From the IMG/VR virus record IMGVR_UViG_3300046542_000616: DNA of 64,000 bases. The stretch is one strand, 5' to 3'. Shown here in pieces: positions 46,899 to 55,758 of this stretch (position 1 is the stretch's first letter; each line of letters begins with the position of its first letter). The DNA comes from a virus (taxonomy: Duplodnaviria > Heunggongvirae > Uroviricota > Caudoviricetes). The notes beneath the pieces were generated by a model that worked only from the letters and a program-made list of their open reading frames with translations, ran no database searches and was not told the origin of the DNA. Made by a program: the position numbers and the translations under genes.

Positions 46899-47294
46899 TT
46901 ATAGGCCCAGTTCACCCTCAAGCAGCCGGCCTTTGACCTGATTGGCGATGTCCTTGGGAAGGTACTGGTGGGCACCGAATCCAAAGATCTCGATCACGAT
47001 CACCCCCTTTTCATTCGTATTGGCGGCTTGCGCCACTTGAATGACGCCGCGAAATTTAAGGATTTCGCTGATCATGAGCATCTGATCCGTGTTGCCAACG
47101 GGTTTGTTCATTTGGTATGCCTCGAGCCACAAATCATCGCTCAAATACTCCCTGGAGTTATAGGCTCCCCATCTCCTGACAAGGATATTCGCCGTATGAC
47201 CTGACGTTGCGTGCTCAACGTCTTTGGCAAGGTTGTTTCCCCAAGTTCTACAGAGATATTTCTTAGACCTGGCTCTTGGCATGTTTTTTGGCAC
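46899..47294 (-). CDS. family-B short paralog (131 aa) with shared C-terminal tail ...RLLEGELGL
   Basis: ORF; C-term VIVIEIFGFGAHQYLPKDIANQVKGRLLEGELGL matches the minus-array family. Confidence 0.65.
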   Translation of the reverse strand: MPKNMPRARSKKYLCRTWGNNLAKDVEHATSGHTANILVRRWGAYNSREYLSDDLWLEAYQMNKPVGNTDQMLMISEILKFRGVIQVAQAANTNEKGVIVIEIFGFGAHQYLPKDIANQVKGRLLEGELGL

Positions 47295-47351
47295 TATGTG
47301 ACTGTCCTATCGAGAATGGTAGCTCTTGCTGGCGCAAGAAATCGAAGGCGA

Positions 47352-47930
47352 TTATAGGCCAAGCGCCTCTTCCAGATATCCGCCCTGGAACTGCTTGGCG
47401 ATGTCCCTGCTGAGGAGCCTGGTGGCTTTGATCCCAAAGATATCCACAAATCCTCTGTAGTCCTTCTCAGTTGTCACCTCGGCGGCAATGGCCTCTGCAC
47501 CATGGCTCTCCAGTAGCAGTCGAAGCTGTTCCTTGCAGCGTCCCTTGTAGTCATTGTAGACGCCTACCCAGGCATACAGGCTTAACCACGGGAGTGGCAC
47601 CTCGTGCTGATTCGCCACTTCATGACCAAATACCTCGATGAAGATCATGTGGTCAGTGTCATTGTTCAGCTCTCGGGCTACTTCCGCTGGATCCTTTAAG
47701 GCCAGAAAAATGCGGTACAGGAAGTACTCTGGCGAGCCGTTCTGCAACTCAGTTCCGAAGTAGAGGAGGCTCTTTGTCGACATAACTTCCACCGCTGGGT
47801 GGTTTCCCTTCAGGATGTCACTCAGAACAAACGCACGGCGTTCCTCGTCGCTCCATTGAGCGTAGCCTTCGGGCTGGTCGATTCGCTTTCGCTCAAATTT
47901 GTTGAGCTCGCGCACGGTCATCTCATTCAT
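47352..47930 (-). CDS. family-B paralog (192 aa) with shared C-terminal tail
   Basis: ORF; ...FVDIFGIKATRLLSRDIAKQFQGGYLEEALGL*; ATGA overlap with upstream gene. Confidence 0.8.
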   Translation of the reverse strand: MNEMTVRELNKFERKRIDQPEGYAQWSDEERRAFVLSDILKGNHPAVEVMSTKSLLYFGTELQNGSPEYFLYRIFLALKDPAEVARELNNDTDHMIFIEVFGHEVANQHEVPLPWLSLYAWVGVYNDYKGRCKEQLRLLLESHGAEAIAAEVTTEKDYRGFVDIFGIKATRLLSRDIAKQFQGGYLEEALGL

Positions 47931-48496
47931 AGTCCTAGCTGATCCTCTAGATGAGTGCCCTTGTATTTGTTGGCGATGGCCTTATCCAAACGCACTATGG
48001 CTTTCGTGCCGAAAATCTCGACGAAGCTCCCGAACGACTTGGCATCATTGATCAGGCCCGCCACGGATTCTGACCCATGGCTTTCAAGCAGGCGACCGAT
48101 CTCTTTTTTGCAGGTGCCTTTGAAATCTGCGTACATCTCAACCTTGTTGTAGAGCGAAAACCAGAAGTCGACGGTCTTGAATTCTCTGACTCGCTCGAAG
48201 CCAAATGACTCGATAAACATCATGTAGTCCACGTCATCGCCAAGGTAGTGAACCACCGCCGCAGGATCATGGCGCTCCAGCAGTATTCGAACGAGGTAGT
48301 AGTCTGGCTCTCCGTTGTCCAGGATGATGGACATCGCCAGCAGGTCTTTTGCCTTGATGGCTTCCAGCTCCGGGCCGATGTGACTGGAAGCCACAAACGC
48401 ACGGCGTTCAGCCACCGAGAGTTTGTAATATGTGTCAGTCGGTCGAATGCGGATTTCCTCGAGTGCCGCCAGCTGAGTTTCGGTCAAATACTTCAT
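47927..48496 (-). CDS. family-B paralog (189 aa)
   Basis: ORF; FVEIFGTKAIVRLDKAIANKYKGTHLEDQLGL*; overlaps both neighbours by 4 bp. Confidence 0.8.
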   Translation of the reverse strand: MKYLTETQLAALEEIRIRPTDTYYKLSVAERRAFVASSHIGPELEAIKAKDLLAMSIILDNGEPDYYLVRILLERHDPAAVVHYLGDDVDYMMFIESFGFERVREFKTVDFWFSLYNKVEMYADFKGTCKKEIGRLLESHGSESVAGLINDAKSFGSFVEIFGTKAIVRLDKAIANKYKGTHLEDQLGL

Positions 48497-49071
48497 AGTC
48501 CGAGCCCATCCTCAAGGTGCTTCCCTTTAAATTTTCGGGCTATGTCTTTGGGCACGTACTGGATGGCCTTAAGCCCGAACACTTCGACGAATATCTTGCT
48601 CTGTTGCTCGTTTGTTACCTCGGCACCAACGGATTCGGCGCCTCGTTCTTCGAGCATGGCCTTGACGCGTGTCTGGTTAATCGCCATGTCATCGCGGTAA
48701 TACTGGATGATTTCATGCAGATCCAGCAATTTGGCGTTACTCATGTGCGCCTTACCCACATCAAGGCCAAAGACGTCAAAAAACAACTCGAAGTCCATAT
48801 CATCTTCGAGATGAGGCACCACCTTGGCTGGCTCATGGCGACCAACAAGCTGTCTGAAGATGAAAAACTCAGGGCTTTCGCCCCCGGTTTGTCCCGCAAA
48901 GAAAATCAGGTCTTCGATGGCCATGGATTCTTCGGTGGCGTACCTGCCTGTCGCAAGCTCCTGGGCGATGAAGGCACGGCATTCTTCGGTGCTCATGTCC
49001 TGGTAGTTTTCAGGGGTGATGACGATGGGGAATTCGTAGTCTTCGCGCTGGCGCCGGCTCATCTTTTTCAT
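48493..49071 (-). CDS. family-B paralog (192 aa)
   Basis: ORF; FVEVFGLKAIQYVPKDIARKFKGKHLEDGLGL*. Confidence 0.8.
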   Translation of the reverse strand: MKKMSRRQREDYEFPIVITPENYQDMSTEECRAFIAQELATGRYATEESMAIEDLIFFAGQTGGESPEFFIFRQLVGRHEPAKVVPHLEDDMDFELFFDVFGLDVGKAHMSNAKLLDLHEIIQYYRDDMAINQTRVKAMLEERGAESVGAEVTNEQQSKIFVEVFGLKAIQYVPKDIARKFKGKHLEDGLGL

Positions 49072-49649
49072 AGACCCATTAACTCCTCAAGGTGATTGCC
49101 TTTAAATTGGGTTGCCAGGTCTTTGCTCACAAACTGGACGGACTTCAGGCCAAAGAGTTTGACGAAACTCTGGCATGTGTCTTTTGTTTTGACCTGGGCG
49201 GCGACGTCTTCTATCCCTCGCCCAATGAGCGTGTGGCCGATCTTGGTCAAGCTGATGTGTTCGCTCTCGCCCTGGCCTTCGAGGTAGGTGAAAACTTGAA
49301 GCAATTGCACAGTACTCAATAGCGTGTTGGCCCGATCATTCCCATACAGCTCAAAAAAAATAACCGTGTCGAGTTCGCTCTCTACGTGCCGCGCCACTTC
49401 GACCGGGTCTTTACGAACCATGATCAATCGGTAGAGGAAGTGTTCCGGTGACTCCTGCCAGGCCGAGTAGAAACAGCAGTGCAGCAGATCGTGAATGGCA
49501 AGCGATTCCTCGAAGGCGTGGTTGCCTGTCTGAAGCTGTTGATCGACAAAAGCGCGGCGTTCGGCTGTGCTCATGACCTCGTAGCCGACAGGAGCGGTGA
49601 TCCGGATTTTATTCAAGACCGAAAAGTTGATTGGCGGCAAGTCAGTCAT
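49068..49649 (-). CDS. family-B paralog (193 aa)
   Basis: ORF; FVKLFGLKSVQFVSKDLATQFKGNHLEELMGL*. Confidence 0.8.
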   Translation of the reverse strand: MTDLPPINFSVLNKIRITAPVGYEVMSTAERRAFVDQQLQTGNHAFEESLAIHDLLHCCFYSAWQESPEHFLYRLIMVRKDPVEVARHVESELDTVIFFELYGNDRANTLLSTVQLLQVFTYLEGQGESEHISLTKIGHTLIGRGIEDVAAQVKTKDTCQSFVKLFGLKSVQFVSKDLATQFKGNHLEELMGL

Positions 49650-50245
49650 AAGCCGATGGCCTCCTCAAGCTGTCTTCCCTTGGCGTGGTTGGCGATGTGC
49701 TTGGGGAGGTGAATGTTTGACTCGACTCCGAAGATATCGAGGAATAGGGCGCCCCCTGCCTTGCACCATATAGACTCAGCAACACGCTCTGCGCCCCTGT
49801 TCTGGAGCAGTAACTTCACCTGCTGCGTGGTTGTGGCTTCTTCGCGGTGAAAGGTTACTAGAGAAAACGCCTTCAGCCAGATTTCGTCACTGATGTAGGG
49901 CAGGGATGTCTCAAGTCCATACGACTCCAGAAAGAACCTGGCGTCGTGCTCATCTCTGATCTTATCAGCAGCGAGTGACGGCTCAACGTCAGCCAGTAGC
50001 ATCCGGTACATGAAATAGTTCGGATGCCATGGCAGAACCCTCAGGCCCATTTGGAAGATGGAAGCAATCGAGACTTCATCTGCCTTTCGATACTTGCCTG
50101 AATCCAGCTCTTTACGCACCCAGGTACGACGATCTTCAAAGCTGAAGCTTGGAAAGTCCTTCGGGTAATTCGTGATCTCCCGGAGTGGGAAACGCTCTGG
50201 TTCGTGGCTGGTCATTGGCATCTCGATCTGCCGTGTGGTCGACAT
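49646..50245 (-). CDS. family-B paralog (199 aa)
   Basis: ORF; FLDIFGVESNIHLPKHIANHAKGRQLEEAIGL*. Confidence 0.8.
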   Translation of the reverse strand: MSTTRQIEMPMTSHEPERFPLREITNYPKDFPSFSFEDRRTWVRKELDSGKYRKADEVSIASIFQMGLRVLPWHPNYFMYRMLLADVEPSLAADKIRDEHDARFFLESYGLETSLPYISDEIWLKAFSLVTFHREEATTTQQVKLLLQNRGAERVAESIWCKAGGALFLDIFGVESNIHLPKHIANHAKGRQLEEAIGL

Positions 50246-50314
50246 GTCTTCATGGTATGCGAGGAGCGCAGCATGGCGCAGGTTTTTAAGCCTGGTTCAC
50301 CTACGCTTTTAGCT

Positions 50315-50719
50315 TCAAAGTCCCAGTGCATCCTCAAGCATCATGCCTTTGACCTTGCGAAGAAGCACCGGCCCGACAAGATTGGCTCGATCCATGCCGA
50401 CCATTACCAGGAAATGCTTGGCCTGGATGGTGACGTCTTCTTTAGCTTGCGCCAGCTCTCTGCCGGCCTTCTCAAAACCGTATGTCTCCAGTAGCCGAGC
50501 GACCAGCATCCACATGTAGGAGCCGGGTTTCGATCTGCAGACTTTCAGCCACCTGAGCTTTTCGATGGTGTTCCTTTTTTCGACGCCGAGCTCCTCGTGG
50601 TTTTGAATGACGCGCTCGATCAAGCCGGATTTTGCTGCATGACAGAGTTCGTGCCAGATGATGCGTCCTTCGAGAATGTCATCGGCCACAGTAGGTTGGT
50701 TTTTCTTCACAGTGTTCAT
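50315..50719 (-). CDS. family-B short paralog (134 aa)
   Basis: ORF; FLVMVGMDRANLVGPVLLRKVKGMMLEDALGL*; ~133-aa short architecture. Confidence 0.7.
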   Translation of the reverse strand: MNTVKKNQPTVADDILEGRIIWHELCHAAKSGLIERVIQNHEELGVEKRNTIEKLRWLKVCRSKPGSYMWMLVARLLETYGFEKAGRELAQAKEDVTIQAKHFLVMVGMDRANLVGPVLLRKVKGMMLEDALGL

Positions 50720-51114
50720 AGTCCCAGGGCATCTTCCAGAAATTTTCCTTTGACCTTTTTTGCCAAGTCAGGGGAAAGCAGAGAAAGCGCCCTGAATCCA
50801 AAAGCCTCGATGAAGCTTCTAGCGTGCCAATCCATTGTCAAATGCTTGGCGGCCTCTTCAGGATCAAATCTTTGCAGCAAGGATATGAACATGAAGTGCA
50901 GGGGGGAAGTAGCAGAACTGTAGACGCAGCAAAAGAAAATAACATCTTTCGCGCCAAGACTTTTTTCTCGCTCAAAATCCCCAAGCGCCATTTCATTCAA
51001 AACCCATTCCTTGCGCGCTGTGTAGCTGCGCTGGTGGAAGTCTGCAGGCTTGTTCGGAAACGAATTACCGACGTAAACCCTGCCTTCAATGCTCTCAGTA
51101 TGGTCTAGGTGCAT
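50716..51114 (-). CDS. family-B short paralog (~133 aa; ORF extends to 51231 but the upstream part overlaps the previous gene)
   Basis: Likely start at the Met of MHLDHTESIEG...; FIEAFGFRALSLLSPDLAKKVKGKFLEDALGL*; N-terminus collinear with the N-terminus of 51146..51727. Confidence 0.6.
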   Translation of the reverse strand: MHLDHTESIEGRVYVGNSFPNKPADFHQRSYTARKEWVLNEMALGDFEREKSLGAKDVIFFCCVYSSATSPLHFMFISLLQRFDPEEAAKHLTMDWHARSFIEAFGFRALSLLSPDLAKKVKGKFLEDALGL

Positions 51115-51145
51115 TTTCTGTTTTTCCAGTGTCTGTTCACGGCGA

Positions 51146-51727
51146 TCACAGGCCAAGCTCCCCTTCCAAAAGGTGTCCTTTGACCTGTTTTGCCAGGTCG
51201 GGTTGCAGTAAAGAAAGCGCTTTGATCCCAAAAATCTCGGCGAATAGGACGCCTGCTTCCTTGTTGTGGATCAAAAGAGAGATGTGTTCCGCACCTCTGC
51301 TTTCAATAATCAATTTGAGTCCCTCTCTGATGCCCTGGTCAGGATCAGACAGTCCAGCTAGGTATAAGGCCTGCAGCCAAAGCTGGCTGGTGAAGAATGG
51401 TTTTGATCGCTCAAGGCCAAAGGCTTCAAAAAACAGCCTGGCCTGAAAGTCGTACTCAACATACTTGGCTGCATCTTCTGGCTCAAATCCCTGAAGCAAG
51501 AAGCGAAACATGAAGTAGTGAGGTGTGTATGTGCTATGGAAGCCACCAACGGACAGAATCTCTTCCAGGCCCATTTTCTTCTCAACACTGAAGTCGCCAT
51601 GGGCGATTTCGCACATAACCCAGTCCATACGATCTGCGTAGCTTCGTTCCGCGAAGTCTTCGGGCCGGTTTGGAAACGGATTGCGCGTGTAGAGAAAGTT
51701 GCTCTCAGTGAGGTCTGAATGGGCCAT
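51146..51727 (-). CDS. family-B paralog (193 aa)
   Basis: ORF; FAEIFGIKALSLLQPDLAKQVKGHLLEGELGL*. Confidence 0.8.
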   Translation of the reverse strand: MAHSDLTESNFLYTRNPFPNRPEDFAERSYADRMDWVMCEIAHGDFSVEKKMGLEEILSVGGFHSTYTPHYFMFRFLLQGFEPEDAAKYVEYDFQARLFFEAFGLERSKPFFTSQLWLQALYLAGLSDPDQGIREGLKLIIESRGAEHISLLIHNKEAGVLFAEIFGIKALSLLQPDLAKQVKGHLLEGELGL

Positions 51728-51860
51728 TTGGGTCGTCTATTCCGTGGCGTGGGGAATCTGGCTCGTAGACAGGCTCAGTGCCTTTCCTGACAAGGTCATT
51801 GGACAAGCGCCTTTTCCTGTACCTACAATGGGTGCATTAATACCACCTTTCGAGCGATAT

Positions 51861-52169
51861 ATGAAGAATGCCATGAGTTATCCAAAAGGTGATTTGCGCC
51901 GAATGCTGGCAGTGATCGCCGCTGTCGAAGCTATTCCTCAGGCCACTCTGGTGAAAATCGCGGCCCTGACTGGTCTTGATAAAAAGTCGGTAACCCACCA
52001 GATCGCCGAGGCTGGCAAGCAGGCGGAAGTGACCATTATCAAGGAAGGCCCGGTTTACACATTGAAGGATTGGGGGCCCTACATAAACCCTGTAGGAGCG
52101 CGAGATACATTGACAGGTGGAATAAATGCACCTACCATTAGCATACAAATTGACAGGGAAGGTGCCTGA
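51861..52169 (+). CDS. hypothetical protein, possibly HTH-containing (start uncertain within ORF 51699..52169)
   Basis: ORF on the opposite strand interrupting the minus array; LVKIAALTGLDKKSVTHQIAEAGK is HTH-like. Confidence 0.35.
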   Translation: MKNAMSYPKGDLRRMLAVIAAVEAIPQATLVKIAALTGLDKKSVTHQIAEAGKQAEVTIIKEGPVYTLKDWGPYINPVGARDTLTGGINAPTISIQIDREGA

Positions 52170-52194
52170 ACTGCGCCTTCTATCAGGAGTAGTG

Positions 52195-52437
52195 ATGACC
52201 GCTCAATTGAACCGCATGACGGCTAAGGCCTTTGCTGAAGCGAACCTTTGCGCGCTGGCTGCCGATGTCCTGGCCTGGCACAAAAACGGTGTCTTACCTG
52301 CTGAAAGCAAAATGAAAGAGCTGGCGACCCTGTGCGTACCTTTTGCCATCGAAGGTGATGAGTATCAGGAAGCAGAAAGGATTATCGTCTCTTTCGCACT
52401 GCAAAGTGCGGCTGGCTGTTTAACCGCCAACGGATGA
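52195..52437 (+). CDS. small hypothetical protein (~80 aa)
   Basis: ATG preceded by an AGGAG RBS within ORF 52126..52437. Confidence 0.4.
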   Translation: MTAQLNRMTAKAFAEANLCALAADVLAWHKNGVLPAESKMKELATLCVPFAIEGDEYQEAERIIVSFALQSAAGCLTANG

Positions 52438-52567
52438 TACCCCGGCACTCGACGCCTTTGGCTCGCTGTCAAAGGCTCATTGCATGGCTAGTGGTGTAGG
52501 CTTTGTACGGCAGCAGTAATTTATCAAATATTGACACTCCAGACCCATTTGCCACGAGGCACGACGC

Positions 52568-52834
52568 ATGCACTTCCCAGGATCACGTCTGTTCGAATTG
52601 AAAGACACTCATGGCCTTTCGCTGGAAAACGCTCTGGATCAGCTTCAGGCACGCGGCGTTGAGGTCGAATGGCCGAGCTTTGTCGAAGCCGCTCGCAAGG
52701 CCGGCTGGTACGACTTCAAGACCATTGATGCCATCGAGTTCGCCATGGCCGATGCCGGCGCCCCACGCAGCTATCAGGACGGCGTGAAGATTCGCCTGCG
52801 CCAGTACGTGCTTGAGCATCCGTTGCCCCTCTGA
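52568..52834 (+). CDS. small hypothetical protein (88 aa)
   Basis: ORF; acidic protein, no family recognised; antisense ORF 52583..52870 judged a shadow. Confidence 0.4.
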   Translation: MHFPGSRLFELKDTHGLSLENALDQLQARGVEVEWPSFVEAARKAGWYDFKTIDAIEFAMADAGAPRSYQDGVKIRLRQYVLEHPLPL

Positions 52835-52874
52835 TCTGTTTCTGCGGATCAGCAAGAGGCCAAAATGCATTAAG

Positions 52875-53516
52875 TCAAAGGCCCAGTGCGTTCTCCAGGT
52901 GGCGCGACTTGAACCGTCGTGCCATTTCCTGAGGTAGACCTTCTACTGCCTTCAGTCCAAAAATCTCGATAAAGCTTTGCCCCCAAAGAACGGACAAATT
53001 CATGCGCCGTATTTGTGAGGGCGTTCGGTTATGGATTTCTTCGCAGAGCTGTTCAGCGCCACGCTCGAGTAGGATGGTCTTGATCTGGTCATTGGTCTTA
53101 CCGCTTACGGATGACCTGAAACGAGAGTCTCGATAAGCGCACATCCAGCTATAGCTGGAGAGGAACGGCTTGGCACGCTCCAGTCCGTAGGATTCGAGAA
53201 AGAATCTGGCCTGGTTGGTTTTGATCTCCGGGGCCGCTACGGCGGGATCAATGTTTTCCATCTGTATTCGGTATTGATAGTACTCCCTCTCGGTGTCTTT
53301 GCGGTACGAGCCTCTATCAAGGATCTGACGAACCGAGATGTAATTCTCGTCAGGGTGCTTGCCCGCCAGCATTAGCTCGCGAATGTGCTGACGACGCTCG
53401 GCCATGCTCATCTCAAGAAAGAGCTTCGTGTCTTCTGGGCTATAGTCGATAATGGTCATGAAGTTTACCTGATCGCGAGTGTTGTTGGTTTGCAGTGAAT
53501 CTTGGTCAGATTTCAT
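52875..53516 (-). CDS. family-B paralog (213 aa, N-terminal extension)
   Basis: ORF; FIEIFGLKAVEGLPQEMARRFKSRHLENALGL*. Confidence 0.75.
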   Translation of the reverse strand: MKSDQDSLQTNNTRDQVNFMTIIDYSPEDTKLFLEMSMAERRQHIRELMLAGKHPDENYISVRQILDRGSYRKDTEREYYQYRIQMENIDPAVAAPEIKTNQARFFLESYGLERAKPFLSSYSWMCAYRDSRFRSSVSGKTNDQIKTILLERGAEQLCEEIHNRTPSQIRRMNLSVLWGQSFIEIFGLKAVEGLPQEMARRFKSRHLENALGL

Positions 53517-53917
53517 TACAGGCCAATTTGTTCTTCGAGGAGCCTTCCTTTGACCTGGTTGGCGAGATCCCTGCCCAACAAGGCGGCTTTCTCAATGCCA
53601 AAGGCCTCAATGAAGCATCGGGCCAGGCGCAAGTTACCCTCGGCCTCAGCAATCTCCCGACCCACCTGCTCAAGTCCTCGTAGCTCCACGGAGCGTACCG
53701 CGAACATGTAGAGGTAGGTGCCAGGCTGCCGGTCAGAGTCGATGATCGACCAGAGCATGTGCACTGAGCTCATGGCGTCGATGCCGGTATGCTCGCGATT
53801 GAGGATAGCTCGGTCAACCAAAGCTGATTTTTCTGCATGGCTCAGCGAATTCCAGACGATGCGCTTGGATTTGATGCTCCCAAGGACGGTGCCTTGGTAG
53901 GGGGCGGTTGAGTTCAT
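53516..53917 (-). CDS. family-B short paralog (133 aa)
   Basis: ORF; FIEAFGIEKAALLGRDLANQVKGRLLEEQIGL*. Confidence 0.7.
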   Translation of the reverse strand: MNSTAPYQGTVLGSIKSKRIVWNSLSHAEKSALVDRAILNREHTGIDAMSSVHMLWSIIDSDRQPGTYLYMFAVRSVELRGLEQVGREIAEAEGNLRLARCFIEAFGIEKAALLGRDLANQVKGRLLEEQIGL

Positions 53918-54489
53918 AGGCCTAGCTCATCCGAAAGATGCTTCCCCTTGACCTGATTGGCTAGATCAGCGGGCAGCAAAGTAAGCGATTTTACCCCAAA
54001 AATCTCGACAAAGTGTGCGCCATTTTCTCCGTCCTTTACAAATGGGAGCACCGCTTCTGCGCCACGACTTTTCAGTAGAAGCTTGATCATGTCCCTCGCT
54101 TTCATCTCTTCCGGTGTGAATGGGCACTCAGACATTGCCTTAAGCCAGAGGTCGGTCGATACATGGGGTGTTGCCCGCTCGAGTTCGTAGGCCAGGATAA
54201 AAAAGACCGCTCTGACTGCGCCTCTGATATGGGGCGCGGTCTGTTCTGGGTCAATCGCTGACAACAAAATGAGATACATGTAGTACTCTGGGCGCCATTC
54301 GTGAGAGGTGGCCCCGAAAGACAACACAAGCTGAAAGGGCAGGCTTTTGGCGACAGCATAATCCCCGGTAGCGAGCTCTTGCTCGACCCATGCGCGTCGT
54401 TCGTCACTGCTGAGGTCTGCGAAGTCCTTTGGTGGATTTTGAAAGTAATTCCGGTCGTACTTTTCGACGTCGTCCAGTGTAACGGCCAT
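53914..54489 (-). CDS. family-B paralog (191 aa)
   Basis: ORF; FVEIFGVKSLTLLPADLANQVKGKHLSDELGL*. Confidence 0.8.
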   Translation of the reverse strand: MAVTLDDVEKYDRNYFQNPPKDFADLSSDERRAWVEQELATGDYAVAKSLPFQLVLSFGATSHEWRPEYYMYLILLSAIDPEQTAPHIRGAVRAVFFILAYELERATPHVSTDLWLKAMSECPFTPEEMKARDMIKLLLKSRGAEAVLPFVKDGENGAHFVEIFGVKSLTLLPADLANQVKGKHLSDELGL

Positions 54490-55082
54490 TACAGCCCCAG
54501 CTCATCTTCAAGCTGCCGGCCTTTGAGCTTTGAGGCCAGGCCACTTTCGAGGTGACAAGCCGCACGAATACCAAAGATCTTGATGAAATGTCGCGCCATA
54601 GTGAGCCTCCCAGGTTCGCTGGAAGATCCAGTTTCTGGTGTTTTCCGGACTTCTTCGGCGATTTTTTCCGCCCCACGGCTTTTGAGTATCTCGACAATAC
54701 CTGGAGTATTATTGTGGTGATGATATGTTTGAAGCCAAAGACGGCTCGATAGGTAGGGCTTTGAGCGTTCCAAACCGTAGGCTTGCAGGAAGGTTCGGGC
54801 ATCGTCGGTGTATTTCATTTCCGCTGCCACGATGACGGGATCCAACCCCTCAATGGCCATACGGTAGCGGTAGTACGGCTGCTCCCAGTCCCCGTAGATA
54901 CTGCACAATGTCATCAGTTCGCGGACATCTTTCAGCTGGTCTTCTTTGAATCGCCCGTTGGCAATCTGGTCGCGAACATGGGCTATGCGCTGCTCCAAAG
55001 ACATCGCCACAAATGCTTCGGCTGCGAGCCGTTCATTGACGATTTCAGTATGTGCCTGGACGACTTCCTCGAATGTACTCAT
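54489..55082 (-). CDS. family-B paralog (197 aa)
   Basis: ORF; FIKIFGIRAACHLESGLASKLKGRQLEDELGL*. Confidence 0.8.
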   Translation of the reverse strand: MSTFEEVVQAHTEIVNERLAAEAFVAMSLEQRIAHVRDQIANGRFKEDQLKDVRELMTLCSIYGDWEQPYYRYRMAIEGLDPVIVAAEMKYTDDARTFLQAYGLERSKPYLSSRLWLQTYHHHNNTPGIVEILKSRGAEKIAEEVRKTPETGSSSEPGRLTMARHFIKIFGIRAACHLESGLASKLKGRQLEDELGL

Positions 55083-55098
55083 TGCTCACCTGTTTTGT

Positions 55099-55704
55099 TC
55101 ATAAGCCCAAGGCGTCTTCAAGATGCCGGGATTTTATCTTTTTGGCGAGTTCAGGGGGTAGGCCAGCAACGGCTTTTAGCCCAAAAAGCTCAATGAAGCT
55201 GTCAGCCCAGTCTTTCAAAATCAACATTCGCTCAATCTGCTCAGGGGATCTGCCTCTGATTTCTTCACAGACTTTTTCGACGCCCCTATCCTGAATCAAA
55301 AGGCCGATATCCCGTTTGGTCAGTGCGTTGTTTTCGAAACTACCGTTGGATTTTCGGTAGGCGGCGATCCACAGGTAGCTAGACAAATATGGCTTTGCGC
55401 GCTCCAGCCCATAGGAATCCATGAAAAATCGGGCATCGTTGACTGTGTCGATATATTTTACAGCTATCGCCGGGTCGGAGTTTTCCAGCTGGATGCGGTG
55501 CCCATAATATTCCCATTCGGCGTTAACAAACTTCTGGCCCTCGTGAAAAAGCTCATCGATAGGAAGGTTCTGATCGTATTTGTAGGTGCCGTCCGTAATG
55601 AGACCACGAACCCACTCTCGGCGCTCTGCGACAGTCATGTGCCAAAAAAGCTTCTGAGGTTCTGTTTGAAGGCAAAGGCCTTTGGGAGGAGTGGTTTCGG
55701 TCAT
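55099..55704 (-). CDS. family-B paralog (201 aa)
   Basis: ORF; FIELFGLKAVAGLPPELAKKIKSRHLEDALGL*. Confidence 0.8.
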   Translation of the reverse strand: MTETTPPKGLCLQTEPQKLFWHMTVAERREWVRGLITDGTYKYDQNLPIDELFHEGQKFVNAEWEYYGHRIQLENSDPAIAVKYIDTVNDARFFMDSYGLERAKPYLSSYLWIAAYRKSNGSFENNALTKRDIGLLIQDRGVEKVCEEIRGRSPEQIERMLILKDWADSFIELFGLKAVAGLPPELAKKIKSRHLEDALGL

Positions 55705-55758
55705 AAGGTCTACCTGGCTGCCGGTAAGATGATTGGGCGCGGTTCGGGTGCCTGTGTG

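Noticed and set aside
46553-46936. 127-aa plus ORF containing a KNQIKNQIKNQIKN stretch, and the overlapping minus ORFs 46474..46818 and 46547..46756.
   Set aside because: The translation is driven by the 12-bp tandem DNA repeat. There is no RBS and no family signal. They are treated as intergenic simple-sequence repeats.
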